Positions 49,379 to 61,270 are shown, counted from the first letter of the stretch. The stretch is 64,000 nt of DNA from Peribolospora baueri (GCA_029717555.1 JAMDHS010000004.1:1-64000); one strand, 5' to 3'. The notes: generated by a model from the sequence alone, not told the origin. Translations and numbers: made by a program.

Positions 49379-52300
49379 TCACGGCACGCCCGGCGGCCTC
49401 CTGTATCCCAATGGCGGCCCCGCCGTGGTCAGACCGCGAACCGCCCCGGCGTATGACCCAAATCCCGCTCCTCCTCCTCCGCCCGTACCGTTCGAATTCG
49501 AATTGCCATCCACTCCGCCCGCACCGCGAGTGGGCGACAGGACACTGGCGGCCGTCGTCGCCGTCGCCGTCGCCGTCGCCGATGGCAGCGCGGCAGACAT
49601 GTTGAAACCGTAAGCCGGCGCAAACGCGTCCGTCGGCGACAGCCTCCCGTTCGTGTTTGACGGCCCTGCCGCCCAAGCCGAGTCCCGGTTCCTCGACGGA
49701 CTCCCCGCGTTCGTCGACGAAGCGTCCGAAGATGTCAAAGGGCGACCAGGCCGTCCACCTCCTCGATCCGAGTCGTAGTTCCCGTTCGCCGGTGGTCGAT
49801 GACCGTCGTTGCTGCCCCCGCCCCTGCTCTCGCTCTGTCCCTCCTGCCCGTTCGACCTCAACCGCTTCGTTCCTCCCCCACCGTCGGACAAAAAAGGCCG
49901 AGGGCGATGGCGGACCGACTGCAGATCATATCGCGCTCGTCGTTTCCCACCGACCCAGTGCCGGAATTCAGCCCCCTCGTCGGCGGAAGCCTCAGCCTCA
50001 GCCTCAGCCTCAGCCTCTTCCTCTTCCTCCCCGTCCTCCGCTTCTTCACGCCAGCCAACCAACCTTGGGCGTAAGCGTACGCGCCTCGGCGTATCCGTCT
50101 CCTCGTCCGTCTCCTCCTCCTCATCCATCTCTTCGTCCCGTCCACTTCCTCCGTTCGCGCACGCCCGTCGCGCATCGCGCAGATCCGTAAACGTTTGTCG
50201 ACGGCGACACATGTCCGCTATCGACGCTAACGTTGGCTGACGTGGCGGCGGCGGCGGCGCCGGCCCACCACGCGGGCCGCTCTCCTCGTCGCTGCTCAGA
50301 GTCAGGTCGATCACCTCCTCCCGTTGTCCGGAATGGACAGGGGACGCTTGAGTGCCGACGGCCAGCGAATGTACCGGCTGCAAGTGTACCGGCCTCATCG
50401 TGGCGCTTGGCCCGCCTTCGTCGTCCGATAATACCACTGTCGAACTGGCCGCCGCGCCACCACCGCTCGATCGGCGCCGGACGACAGGCGCGCCAGGCGG
50501 CTCCGACCCCTGACCTTCGCCCGCGCCCTCGCCTCCACCCACAGGCACCGACGGCTTCTCTGGTGCCTTACCTTTCGCAATCGCGCGCGCGAGCGCCTCC
50601 TCATCGCTCGAATCGCCTCCTTCCTCCTTGATCGCCGCCGACGTCCTCGACCTCGCACCGATATCTGCCGTCAACGGAGCCGCTCCATCTGATGTGAACT
50701 TGCCGTCGCGCGTCCTCCACGTCCCATCCGCCTCCACCACCACGTCGTCCTCCGTGTCTGGCACCCTCTTCAGGATGTCGGCCACATAGCTGGTGAACGC
50801 GAGAACAGAACACACGTCAGCCAACCCACTCGATCGTTTCGGACGTCGTCGAGTCCCAATTCACGAGTCAAATACACGGGGTGAGGACTCGTCAAGCCGC
50901 CGCCGTCCGGTGGAACGGGACGTTCGATTGTTGAAAGGCGCTTATCATTCTCCTCCCCACGACGCCGGCCGCCGGCCGCCGATACTCACCCATCGACGGT
51001 GATGTCTTCCGGTTTGACCGTCCGACTGCACACCGGGCATTGCCACGTCGGCGCTTGCTCGTTGACGGAGAAGAAGCTGTATGCGTCAAAGCATTGAACG
51101 TGGTGACAGATGATGGATCGAGACGGTACAGTCATGCGCATGTAGCTCAGCTGCCAATGGATGGGTCATCTAGGTCAGAAAAGGCGGTGTCAAGACCAAA
51201 CAAAGGCGGAGCTACCGCCGTCAGACGCAAGACGACTCACGGGGCACTTGAGGCTCAGACTGCTCGCCGTCGTCACGATGTCGTCCTCCTCTGCCATTTG
51301 TTTTACTACCAGTTTGTCCAAATGATGCGAAAGACGGCTGACGTGAGAATGCTGCTCAGTGAAAGATATGCCGCCAAAAGACTTACACGCTCGAACAACG
51401 TCCTCTTTTGGCCTGAACTTGCGTTTCCGCACTTGCTCCACCACCTCTTCCACCGATCGGACCTTGACCAGCGTGGCGCAAAGAAGATATTCCTATACGG
51501 GGAAGAGTTATCAACAAAGGTGGATGCACATTGTCAGTCATCGTCCCCGACTGTCACTCGCAATTCCGACGAGGCCGTCGCCCAGCTCACCTTCGTAGTA
51601 TTGATGTACACTAGCTCGACCCTGTTCATGCCGCTCATCTTCAACAGTCCTTTCTGATTCAGATCTGGCGGCGGCACCCGAGTGGGATGCTTCTTGCTGC
51701 CGCGCAGGCTGGTCGGCAACAGGGTCGCGTTCACTCGAGCTTCGCAATTCAGAGGAAACTCTACGGGGCAGGGCGTGCGCGCCGAGTTGGGAACGGAAAG
51801 GGAGGTGAAGAAATCGTAGGCGTCCTTTGTGGTCGAGAATAGTCGGAGTTGGTAGGGAGAGCTACAAAATCAAGAGGGAGTACGCTGAGCTCGCAGACGG
51901 GAAAGCGGGCGCTTATCGACACCGATCAATGCTCCTGTCACTCACTTGGGCTGTTGCAGCTTTGTTCGCTGTTCATCGTTGAGGGTGAACTGGAGCGTTG
52001 CGAAACGTTTCTCTTGACTTCCCGCCACTGGGAGTGAATCCGCGAACACGAACGGTCATGGGAGTACGGTGTAAGATGAAGTACATGGGCTCAACAGGAT
52101 CGTGAGAAGGGCGATGACCCTCATACTTACCAGGACAATGAGCGATGTACGAGACGTGCTCGACCACATCGTAGAAAGGCGAAGACTTGAAAGTCACCGG
52201 GCGGTGCGCGGAAGCTAAAACGGCACGCCACGAGATGGAGATCTTCAGTCAGCATGAACGCGCTCAGATGAACAGAACAGAGGTGAGCTACTCACACGAA

Positions 52301-53081
52301 GTGGCGGATCGATGCGCCGAGGTGCTCAAAGACGTGTTGTTGTAGGCGAACGGAGCGAAGCCGGGTCCACTGGGAGAGCCGTTGGGTGGCAATTTAAGTT
52401 TGTTGGGAGGAACTTCGTTAGATGAGCCTGCTGTTGAAGGGCCAGTTCTGGAAGTGGAAGGACCAACGTGAGAGGTGTATGATCTGGGTGGTCCAAGATA
52501 GAGAAGACGGATCAGCATCAGAGAAGACGGATCAGCATCAAGTTCGCAACGATCGCTAATCGCCGCGCGTCGCTCGGGGGGGGAAGGGCGTGGATTGTTC
52601 CTTGCGCATTCGACATCCCCTATGCTCGCTCGTTTCGCAACGCTAAACCCACCGTGAGGTAGAAGAAGAGGGTCCATTTGCGGTCTCGGCGATGATTTGC
52701 CTAGCCTTTTCGTACTGTGTCCAAGCATTCGTGTCGCGCAAAGAGGCGAGGAAGCCGTAGATGCGGCTCTGGAGCTCAGACTTGTTGCCCGTGACCCTCA
52801 AACTGGCACGGTTGTCCGCATTGAGTTTACGCAGGACGGCCTTCAGCTTTTCAACCGTCATATACGACACCATTTCGTTCAACCGCTGTGGCAAGTTCAT
52901 CAGAGACGGGCGATCACGTCCGAAACGAGTCAGCGCGGTGAGTAAGGACGAGGAAACGCGCCACCGGCGATTGCCTGTGCCTGCATAAGCCGTGGCGAAA
53001 GACGAAAGCGCTCACGACAGCATCCGAGTCTGCCCTGGGCGCTTGTGCCGAGGGTGCCGAGGGCGTCGCGGTATACGCCAT
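49379..53081 (-). CDS. SIZ1: SIZ/PIAS-family SUMO E3 ligase (SAP-like, PINIT and SP-RING/MIZ domains); multi-exon
   Basis: SP-RING SLKCP|LSYMRMTVPSRSIICHHVQCFDAYSFFSVNEQAPTWQCPVC; FKSSPFY; PVEFPLNCEARVN...LRGSKKHP..PPPDL (PINIT-like); SIM-like EVIDLTLSSDEE. Confidence 0.92.
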
Positions 53082-53594
53082 GGTGCCCACGTCGACTGTG
53101 CTCCTCGTCCGTCGCCTCGGGTTTGCCGCAACGCGGCAAGAAAAAAGGTCGAAAGAAGGGCCCTGCGACGACGTGCGATCAGAAGTGCTCGGCCGAGGTT
53201 GCGAAGACGGCAGGCGCAGCCCCTTTGGATGGTGACAAAGGTGATGAGGAGGTGTCGATGTGGAGCGGGGAGACGACGAGCCCGGCGGCGACGACGAGAA
53301 GCTGGCGTTAAGGCTCGTTCGACAGACCCGGGACTGGACTTGATCGTCGAAGCGCGGAAATATTCCAAAAGCCCGTTGTAATACGCCGCAGTCGTATCTA
53401 TAACGGCCAGCTTAACGCGACTCGAATGGACATGGCTGCGGGGGCCTTTGATCGAGCGACGGTACCAACTCCCGCCGTCCGTCGCCGTCCGTCACCAAAT
53501 CACCTCACTCGTCCACCTTGTCGCCAACCTCGTCTTCCTTTCCCCTTTCTTCTCGTTCGCAGGACGCGTTCGGTTGCCGTGCGGCTCGCGGACG

Positions 53595-54432
53595 ATGGAA
53601 GTCGCCGCAAATGTCTCCTTCACGACCTCCGGCGCGCTGGTCGACAGTGTGGACAGTGCGTTCCTCCTTCTTTCAGTCCCGCTGACCCTTCCTTTCCAGC
53701 ACTCACACAAGAAGCGCGACGCCGATAGCCATATTTTAACGCTTTGTTTCTGTCCTCTTTACTCTCCTTCCCCCGGCGTGTCGCTTGAATGACTCGATTC
53801 ATACTTTGGCTGCATCTCCGGGACGTTTCTACTTTGCTCCCACGCAGAGAAAATGATTGTGGTACTCAGAGACGGACGAAAGCTGATCGGCGTTCTCCGG
53901 TCATACGATCAATTCGGTGAGTCTGGTGCCCTGCCGTGGCGTGCGTTCTGTGGCTCCTATCTTGCATGCGCCTTACGACCATGGCTTCGACTGGCTGTGC
54001 TCGTCTCCTCCGATTCGCTCAGCCAACCTCGTGCTCCAAGATACCGTGGAACGAATATATCAGGGAAACACTTACGGTGACATTCCCCGCGGCATCTTCT
54101 TGATACGAGGAGAGAACGTGGTGCTTCTCGGAGAGATTGTGAGTAGCTGCGGGAGGTCGTCGACCGAGCCCTTTTCCAGCGACGGTCTTGGGATGGGACG
54201 GAAATGAACGTGGCTCGCATCACTCTGGTATGCTTTTCGACTCCCTTGTTAGGATCTCGATCGCGAAGACGAGATCCCTTTGCAGCCTCTACCTCGGGAA
54301 GCTCTTCCCGAGCTCTTGCTGTCTCATCGCGAAGAGGCCGAGGGCAAGGTCAAGGCGGACAAGCGAAAGGCGCAGGTTCTCAAATCCAAAGAAGGATTCT
54401 GCGGCGAGGGTGCCGAAGGTGACAGCTACTAG
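53595..54432 (+). CDS. LSM1: Sm-like protein Lsm1; 4 exons
   Basis: [48 protein letters not shown]...[26 protein letters not shown] at 54430-54432. Confidence 0.96.
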
Positions 54433-54754
54433 GCGGTCTAGGCTCGTCAGGCGGCGGCGGTGGCGGGTGCAGAGGCGTGGTCGTGCCGCTTTTTGGAGGT
54501 TGTGCAACACAGAGGAATGTACTCTGCCGCCTCCCATGTCGTTGACACGTTCGTACCCGTCTCAAGACTTGTGAGAGACGTAGATGGATGTAACATTCAG
54601 ATCGCATCGAACATGACCAAGCGCATACACTGTATGAACATGACCGACAAGGATGAGGTAGCTGGTGACCCCGACTGAGAATAGCCAACAACCGCTCTCG
54701 AGTCCGCCACGACAGTTTCGCTGAGAATCCTGGCGCCGTTCGCTTGTAAAACAG

Positions 54755-55960
54755 TCAAGCGAGATCGTTCAAGCTCCGAACGCCGGCCTTCCACATCGGC
54801 AGCCCTTCGAGCAAGAAGAGGCTGATGGCGTCGAGCACGAAGGCGAACCTCCAGCCGCGGAAGAGCGCGCTCCAGCCTTCCTCCTCCACCACCGTCTTGG
54901 CGCACCCCAACAGGCCTTCGTAAGGATCCGGACGCACGCTGACGGGCTTGTTCTCGAGCTCTGTACTCCCGCGGGCGTCGGGCGTCTTGGACTGGGCAAA
55001 CTCCTCGTTCTGGATGCTGAGCCTAACCTCGATCGTCTCCAGCGCGAGTCCGATAGCACGCGACCCCAGCGCGACGGCTAGCCACTTAAGGATCGTAGGC
55101 GCCAACGCTTGGGCGCCCAGCTGGGCGACTTTGCCGAGTCCTTGGCGCACGGGGCCCTCTTTGCCGTCCAGGAGGGCGCGGAAGGCGACCACGAGGGCGA
55201 TGGCCAGCTGGGACTTTGCTCCCGAGGCGACGATGGCTGAGATGGCTTTGGGGATGATGAGACGGATGATGGAGAGGAAGTAGAACCTCCTGTGCAGCGG
55301 CAAGGCCTTCTCCTTGAGGCTAGTGCACGCCTCCACGATCGCTCCTAGGTCGAGGCTGAGGGGATCCAGACGAAGGGCGGTAGGCCAGACGAGGAAACGG
55401 TGAGCAAGAACGGCGCAGGGGGAAAAGAGGGCCGTGGTGACGAAGCCCGACATGGCCTCCGCTTCGACCACCTTGAAGAGCCCGCGCAGGTAGGCCGTAT
55501 CGAGAGACGACGGAATCGGGAGGGGCAGCTTGAGGAGCGCGCCACTGATCGCGCCCATAGTGCTCCCTGCCGCTACGCCTGTGATGAAGCGGAACGGCGC
55601 GCCGCGGTAGAGCTCCTTAAGGCCTCCGTATCCAGCTGCCTCGCCGAAGCGATAGGTTCGGAGCCCGACATCGCACACGCTGTAGGGGGGGCGAGGGCCG
55701 AGGTCGTCTGCCTTTGTGCGAGGAAGGTGCTTGGGCGTCCAGGTGCCCTGCCAGCGCTCAATGAGGTTGACAAACGGGTAGAGCGTCGCAAGCACCACGC
55801 CTGTCGAGGTGAGTCCGAGGAGCGCGGGCAATGACTTGTCTGAATGGAAGACCCTAGACGGCGGAGGGCTGTCATCTCTCACGGGCAGCGCGAGGATGAC
55901 AACGGGCTGCCTGTCCCTAGGTCGATCCACCGGGACTCGACCGATAGAGTGTCCGCTCAT
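54755..55960 (-). CDS. Divergent mitochondrial-carrier (SLC25)-like membrane protein; single exon
   Basis: 401-aa ORF with LALETIEVRLSIQ and PYEGLLGCAKTVVEEEGWSALFRGW (carrier repeat signature), a weaker GGLKELYRG repeat, and hydrophobic segments. Confidence 0.7.
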   Translation of the reverse strand: MSGHSIGRVPVDRPRDRQPVVILALPVRDDSPPPSRVFHSDKSLPALLGLTSTGVVLATLYPFVNLIERWQGTWTPKHLPRTKADDLGPRPPYSVCDVGLRTYRFGEAAGYGGLKELYRGAPFRFITGVAAGSTMGAISGALLKLPLPIPSSLDTAYLRGLFKVVEAEAMSGFVTTALFSPCAVLAHRFLVWPTALRLDPLSLDLGAIVEACTSLKEKALPLHRRFYFLSIIRLIIPKAISAIVASGAKSQLAIALVVAFRALLDGKEGPVRQGLGKVAQLGAQALAPTILKWLAVALGSRAIGLALETIEVRLSIQNEEFAQSKTPDARGSTELENKPVSVRPDPYEGLLGCAKTVVEEEGWSALFRGWRFAFVLDAISLFLLEGLPMWKAGVRSLNDLA

Positions 55961-56578
55961 GATGGTACGGGAATGGTGCGCGGTGGCAGACGGGGAAAGT
56001 AAGAGAGGAAGGTGTTGTGGAGGTCAGGTTCTCGGTCAGTTCTCCTAGTCAATCCTGACCGAAGCTGGAATAGACAAGCGACGATCTGGTGAGAATGTCT
56101 TCGCCCGTCGTCAACGGCTGAGTGAGCGAGAACGAGATCGAAGTCTGACTGATTACGTCGGTGGACCGCATAGAAGACAAGCGCGTATCGAAGGCCTCGG
56201 ATGACAAAGCATGCGGCTCAACGAACTCCTGCGGCAGGGAAGGCCTGATGCTGCAAAGGTAGGCGAGATTAGCAGCCAAGGCGCGACTATCAACGATATA
56301 GGTCAGTTCCCGTGGATCAGCGTCCATATGGCGCACAATTGTACACAGCATCATGGCAAAGGCGGTCCTAGTTTGGAGTGCTCTCCAGAGCTGGGAAATT
56401 TTACATGCATGAGGTGAGGAGAAGGAGAGAGATGAGCGCGCCGCAGGCTGAGTGGGCCTGCAGGCGTGGCTCGGTCATGGATGGCGTAGCGTTGACGCAT
56501 AGATTCGGACCGCCAAACAGTCACCAAACAGCGCCGACACCGAGATAAACCCCTCGCGTCCCTCGAAAATCCCCTCGT

Positions 56579-57332
56579 TTAACGGTAAGACTGTACGAAG
56601 CGAAAGGAGAACGCGCAGTGAGAAAACGGTACCAACTATGCCTCGAAGTTCCGCTTTTGCTCACCTTCTGGACACGGGCGCGGGCACCCGGACCACCGAA
56701 CTTCTTGGGCTCGCCTAGATAGAGTAAGGGACGAATCAGTAAAACGATGAACCCTGACCACTCGCACGACCACTAAAAAACTCACATCGGCGGGGGTCAG
56801 CGATCAGGAGGTAGCGGTCGTACTGGATGAAGCTGTTCCTCAACTCGAGAGCAGAGGCGGCGTCGAAGTACTTGGCGTAGTAAGCAACGAGAGCCTTGGC
56901 GATGGCCTGGCGGATGGCGTAGATCTGCGAGGTGTGTCCACCGCCCTTGACGCGCACCCGAATGTCTACCGGCTGGAACTTGTCCTCGCCAACGACAAGA
57001 ATGGGCTCGTAGACCTTGAGGCGAAGGATCTCGGGCTCGATCAGGGAGACAGGCGAACCGTTGACCTTAAGGAGACCCTTGCCGGCCTGGCAGAAGGCCA
57101 CAGCGGTCGCGGTCTGCAGGCGAGAAAAGCCGAGGCAAGATACGACACAGAGAAAAGCAGAGAACAGCGATCAGACGCAAAGCTCTTCATTCCCCTTCGC
57201 TCATCCGCCGTTCCATCCGCCTTTCCGCCTATGACCCCTGATTCATCTTATTGCAACAACACCGCACCGCCGTGAGGGCCGTGAACGCACCTTCTTCTTG
57301 CCGTAGCACGAGACAGCCTGCTGTTGAGACAT
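56579..57332 (-). CDS. RPS16: 40S ribosomal protein S16 (uS9); 4 exons
   Basis: [33 protein letters not shown]...[25 protein letters not shown]...[28 protein letters not shown]. Confidence 0.97.
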
Positions 57333-57711
57333 TTTGAGAAGAAAGACGTGGAAGAGGTGGGGGGGAGGGGAGGGAAGGGAAGACTTGAGGTCTTGATGTA
57401 GCGCCGAGCAGCTAGAGGATGACGGACGGGGACGACCAACAGCAGTTCGGTATGCAAATGGATAGTCGCCTCGAAATGCCTCGACGGAAGTTAGTGCTCT
57501 AACGCCGCCTACCTCCGTTTATCTTCTCGCCGTGCGTGAACTGTATAGTCGTTCAAGTAGGGTTGGTGCACGAGCCGCCGGCCCCTGTGGGTAGTCGCCG
57601 CAGTCATCCCGCTTGTCTCCGACCTTCGGAGCCTGCATGATCGGTTTCGGTGGAGGTCGCTAACGTTCACGTCTCATCTCGTCTTCTCACCGCACAGGCA
57701 GACGGTGCAGA

Positions 57712-58699
57712 ATGTCCGCCATGGCTGGGCCCTCTAGGGCAGTCGTGTCCTCTGTGCGCTCTCTTCACACCCCACGCCTGCAAGGTGAGCGTGGACACAA
57801 CAATTTCCAGTAAAAGTCATGATAGGACTCGATCTGATCTGTTATCTTGTGGTCCGCCTCACCGCATCACAGCTCTCCCCGTTCAACCCACCCACGTCCA
57901 CCTCCCTCTCTCTTATCTCCACCCGTCTACCAAGCCCACGAAGGAGCTCATCTCTTCCTCCGAACGCCTTCTTGTACCCCTCTCCTCTTCCATCTTCGAC
58001 CTGCACCCTCCACGGAACGACATCCTGCATGCCTGCGTAGTCCACCACCTTGACTCCCTCCGAGCGGGCACGGGGAGCACGAAGACGCGAGCCGAGGTGG
58101 CTGGATCAGGAAGGAAGGTGCGACCGCAGAAGGGGACGGGTAGGGCGAGGATGGGGCAGATCACGTCGGGTATCAACCGCGGCGGTGGCGTGATTCACGG
58201 TCCCAAGCCTAGGGACTTTGCCACGTCGCTCAACAAGAAGGTGCGCTTGGCCGGACTCCGATATGCGCTCAGCTCGAAATGGAGACAGGGCCAGCTTGCC
58301 GTTGTCCCCAACTTGGCTCTGCCCAGCCACAAGACCCAAGAGCTGTACAAGCTCTTGCGGGTAAAGGGGTGGGACGACGCGCTGTTCGTGACTGCGCCGC
58401 GAACGGAGGAGGACGGCATGACGATGGAGCAGGCCTCGCACGAGGAGACGTTGCGAAATTTTGTGCTGGCGACGGGCAATTTGCAGGACGTGGAATTGGT
58501 GGAGCTGGTGGAGGAGGAGCTGATCGTGTACGACGTGTTGAGGCGGAATCGGCTCATTCTCGACCTGGGTGCGCTGGAGCGGCTTGAGGAGAAGCTTAGC
58601 CCAAGGGAAGAGGAGGAGGACGTTTCGGTGCGGAGATCGGTTGGTCTGTCAGTGGACGAGGCGGCCACCGCCGGAGAGGCGAGTCCGGGGGCGGTCTAA
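57712..58699 (+). CDS. MRPL4: Mitochondrial ribosomal protein uL4m (Yml6/MRPL4); 2 exons, with a presequence-like N-terminus
   Basis: Bacterial-type L4 motif RAGTGSTKTRAEVAGSGRKVRPQKGTGRARMG...GGGVIHGPKPRDF; exon 1 MSAMAGPSRAVVSSVRSLHTPRLQ; intron 57785-57872. Confidence 0.93.
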
Positions 58700-59314
58700 A
58701 GCCGGGCTTAGTAACTTACGTGGGAAGTATAGAAATGCAGCTCCGAGTAGTGTTATATGCTGTCCCAACGCCGAGGCTCTTCTTTTCGTCGAGAACGGCA
58801 TCGAACGACGTTTTGTCGGTGCCCACGCTGGAGCGCTCGACTGCGTAAATGAACGCAACGCAACGTCGCCGCCAGACTAGAAAGTTGGTTCGGACTCGAG
58901 TCTTTTGCGCCCGTTACATTCCCTTAGAACCTTCCCCGGCGTTTTTGTTATCTTCGCCAAATGGGGCTGCAGAAAGGGAGCCAGGTGGAGGCGCGAGTGG
59001 TCTCGAAGCGAAGGCGACCCAGCTCTTCCTTTGACGGGTAAGAGACACACTGACGTCCTGCGAGCGCAACCAGCCAAGCCTATCTATTATTTTTTTTTGT
59101 CTCACGGTCGCACCGAGGTCCGTCCGGGCGGCGATCGAAAGCCTTCGTCGGTCAACTACATGCGACTGGGGGACTCCCACGCGTGCCCTTTCGTCCTGGG
59201 CACCGCACAAGCTCCAGCGAAAAAGGCGGACAGCGCTGTCCCTTCCGACCGCCTACACCCCTTCTCCCTCCGACACAAGCGGAGATGACCGGACCAGTAG
59301 ACTAGAATCCCACA

Positions 59315-59698
59315 AGGGTAAGAGACTGCGGAGCAATGGGCGAATGGAAGAGGAGGGGACCATTGTGGTCTAGTGCGGCGTCAATAGAGCGTCGGTCGCG
59401 TCGTCTAATGTGAGGCGTCGGTCGCGTTTGAGCCGCAAAGGGGGTTGCGAGTGAGAGAGGTTGTTACAGAGCAACCAGCACCGGCCGAGGCAATACGGAC
59501 GTCAAGCGGCAGGAAGGTCAAGGAGTCTCGGGCACTCCTGGAATCTGAGGCTTCGGCCTTCGGCATCGGCACCTCCGTCACTTTCCAGAGCGTCTTCTGT
59601 GTTGGAACAAGAAGATCTTCCTTACGTAAGTGTCTGGGACATTACGTGAGCACTCACCCTTCGACCCTGGACTCGCCCCAGCTCGCTTCCCTGCGGCC
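59315..59698. repeat. Composite repeat: outer part of the 27-kb foldback arm (59315-59420), the 28.6-kb module (59462-59558), and the next part of the arm in the opposite orientation (59656-59698)
   Basis: AGGGTAAGAGACTG.GGAGCAA.GG.CGAATGGAAGAG...GTCTAATGTGAGGCGTCG matches 27746-27845; ACCCTGGACTCGCCCCA.CTCGCTTCC matches 27138-27164. Confidence 0.88.
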
Positions 59699-60057
59699 AT
59701 CCCGAGCTCTGGTGCTCACCTGCTCGGAAACGGGCCGACTCCTTAAATGAAACAATGCGCCCGCCGTTCAATGAGGCCGTGGAAGACGAGCATGGCCTTC
59801 TTCCAACTCCTTGCTCGACAACGCGGCCGACCCGGTGTGAACGCCCGCAGAGGAACGTTCTGAACCTCTCCTTCTGCTCATCCTTTGCTCTGCCGCTTCT
59901 CATCCAGCGATGATGGACGTCGCTGCCCCGCCCTCCGTCCTGAGTTCTCTTCTATAAATGACCGCCCCCTTCTCTCACTTCTTCCCGTCGTTCCCTCTCA
60001 CAGCCGTCCACTCCTCTCTTCTCTCACCTCTCTCCCTCGTCATTACAGCTAATCAAG

Positions 60058-61221
60058 ATGGACTACACCGCTCGTCATCCCCTCGCTTTCACCTCACCTT
60101 CGTCGTCTCCTTACCTGCCGTCCCATTCCAACGGACCCAGCAGCAGGTGCGAAACGTCGGAGGCCGGCGCTCGCTCGGCTTTCAATGACATCAGGCCCCT
60201 CCCGCCCGCCTTCTTTGCCCAAGTGGAGCGCTCCAACAAGCGACCTTTTGAAGAGGCCGACGGGTGCGCCAGCTCCCGAAACCGTCGGGCCCCCCCCATT
60301 GCGACACGCTCGCTCACTGATTTCTTCTTCTCCCTGCTTTTCCTCCTGCCTATCTCCATCGTCATCCTGTCCACCGTCCCTCCTTCCTCTTCGGCGCTTT
60401 TTTTTTCGCCTGTCAGCGAGGTGAGCGGTCACAGACGCGTTTCACTCGCTCGACGTTTAAGAGTCCAACCTGGTTTAATCATGCATATATGCGCGCTTCC
60501 CTGCCCCCCTGAAGGAGGCTGCGGACAAAGTCGGCCTCCTCATCAACGACCGCGGTCTGGACACCGCGATAAGGAACGCCTCGGCGTTTCTCGTTGATCG
60601 CTTCGGCCAAGTCCGGTCGTTCAACGTTTTAGAGGATGTCACATTGGGCGATCTCAAATCCGAAACATCCTTTTGGGGGTTGTGCGCGGGCTCGGGACCA
60701 CGGTGAGCGAGTCGCTGGTCCTTCGTCCTTCTGGGGATCCCGCAAATTAATTCAGCGAAGACGAGGACGCGGCGTACTCGGCCGTGTGCCTGGCTCTCTG
60801 GAAGCGGGTCCAGGCCCTGGACCTCATCATCCGGCGACAGGCCGAGCCGGGCGACTCTGGCGCGCGGTACGAAGCGGGCCACACCAACCTCGGCGATCGG
60901 CGTATCGCCAGCATTGCAGCCACCTTCAGGTTGGTGCGGCCCGCTCCGTACCGCGCGCCAGAGTCGCCCGGCTCGGCCTGTCGCCGGATGATGAGGTCCA
61001 GGGCCTGGACCCGCTTCCAGAGAGCCAGGCACACGGCCGAGTACGCCGCGTCCTCGTCTTCGCGGAGCCAGAAGACGCGAAGACCGCCGAAGTCGATCCC
61101 GCCGCTCCGGAGGTCCTCGATCTCATCGTCGGTTAGTTGTTCGATAACGTCTTCTGCCTTGACGGCCCCAAGATTGACGCGGTCTCCAATGTCAGGCGCG
61201 AGGAGGAGGTCGCTAGGATAG
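60058..61221 (+). CDS. Orphan spliced gene (predicted exons 60058-60263, 60417-60420, 60515-60702, 60756-61221) that reads through the hairpin
   Basis: TATAAA at 59953 and a pyrimidine-rich leader. Canonical donors (GTGCGC, GTGAGC, GTGAGC) and acceptors give one continuous frame: MDYTARHP...KRPFEEADG|E|EAADKVGLLIND...GSGPR|EDEDAAYSAVCLALWKRVQALDLIIRRQ. Confidence 0.55.
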
Positions 61222-61270
61222 AGAAGGACCTCCACGCTGAGATCCTTAGCCCCAATGCCCTGCCACCTTC
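60747..61270 (-). CDS. Orphan ORF or exon, convergent with and apparently paralogous to the plus-strand gene at 60058; 5' end uncertain
   Basis: Open frame ...DLSVEVLLYPSDLLLAPDIGDRVNLGAVKAEDVIEQLTDDEIEDLRSGGIDFGGLRVFWLREDEDAAYSAVCLALWKRVQALDLIIRRQ...TNLKVAAMLAIRRSP, with protein-like composition and codon use. Confidence 0.5.
60755..61063. repeat. Near-perfect inverted repeat: 136-bp arms (60755-60890 and 60928-61063) with a 37-nt loop
   Basis: Base-by-base comparison shows only two mismatches (A60872/C60946 and A60881/C60937). Confidence 0.97.

Noticed and set aside
30985..53081. Ubiquitin/SUMO gene cluster (NOSIP, USP, RING, SIZ1)
   Set aside because: These families are abundant and are interspersed with unrelated genes; nothing in the sequence supports a functional cluster.
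56049..56354. 101-aa minus-strand ORF between the carrier-like gene and RPS16
   Set aside because: No recognisable motif or splice support; it cannot be supported as a gene.
57115..57290. Intronic box C/D snoRNA in RPS16 intron 1
   Set aside because: No convincing RUGAUGA...CUGA pair with a terminal stem; the CTGAT present is best explained as the branch site.
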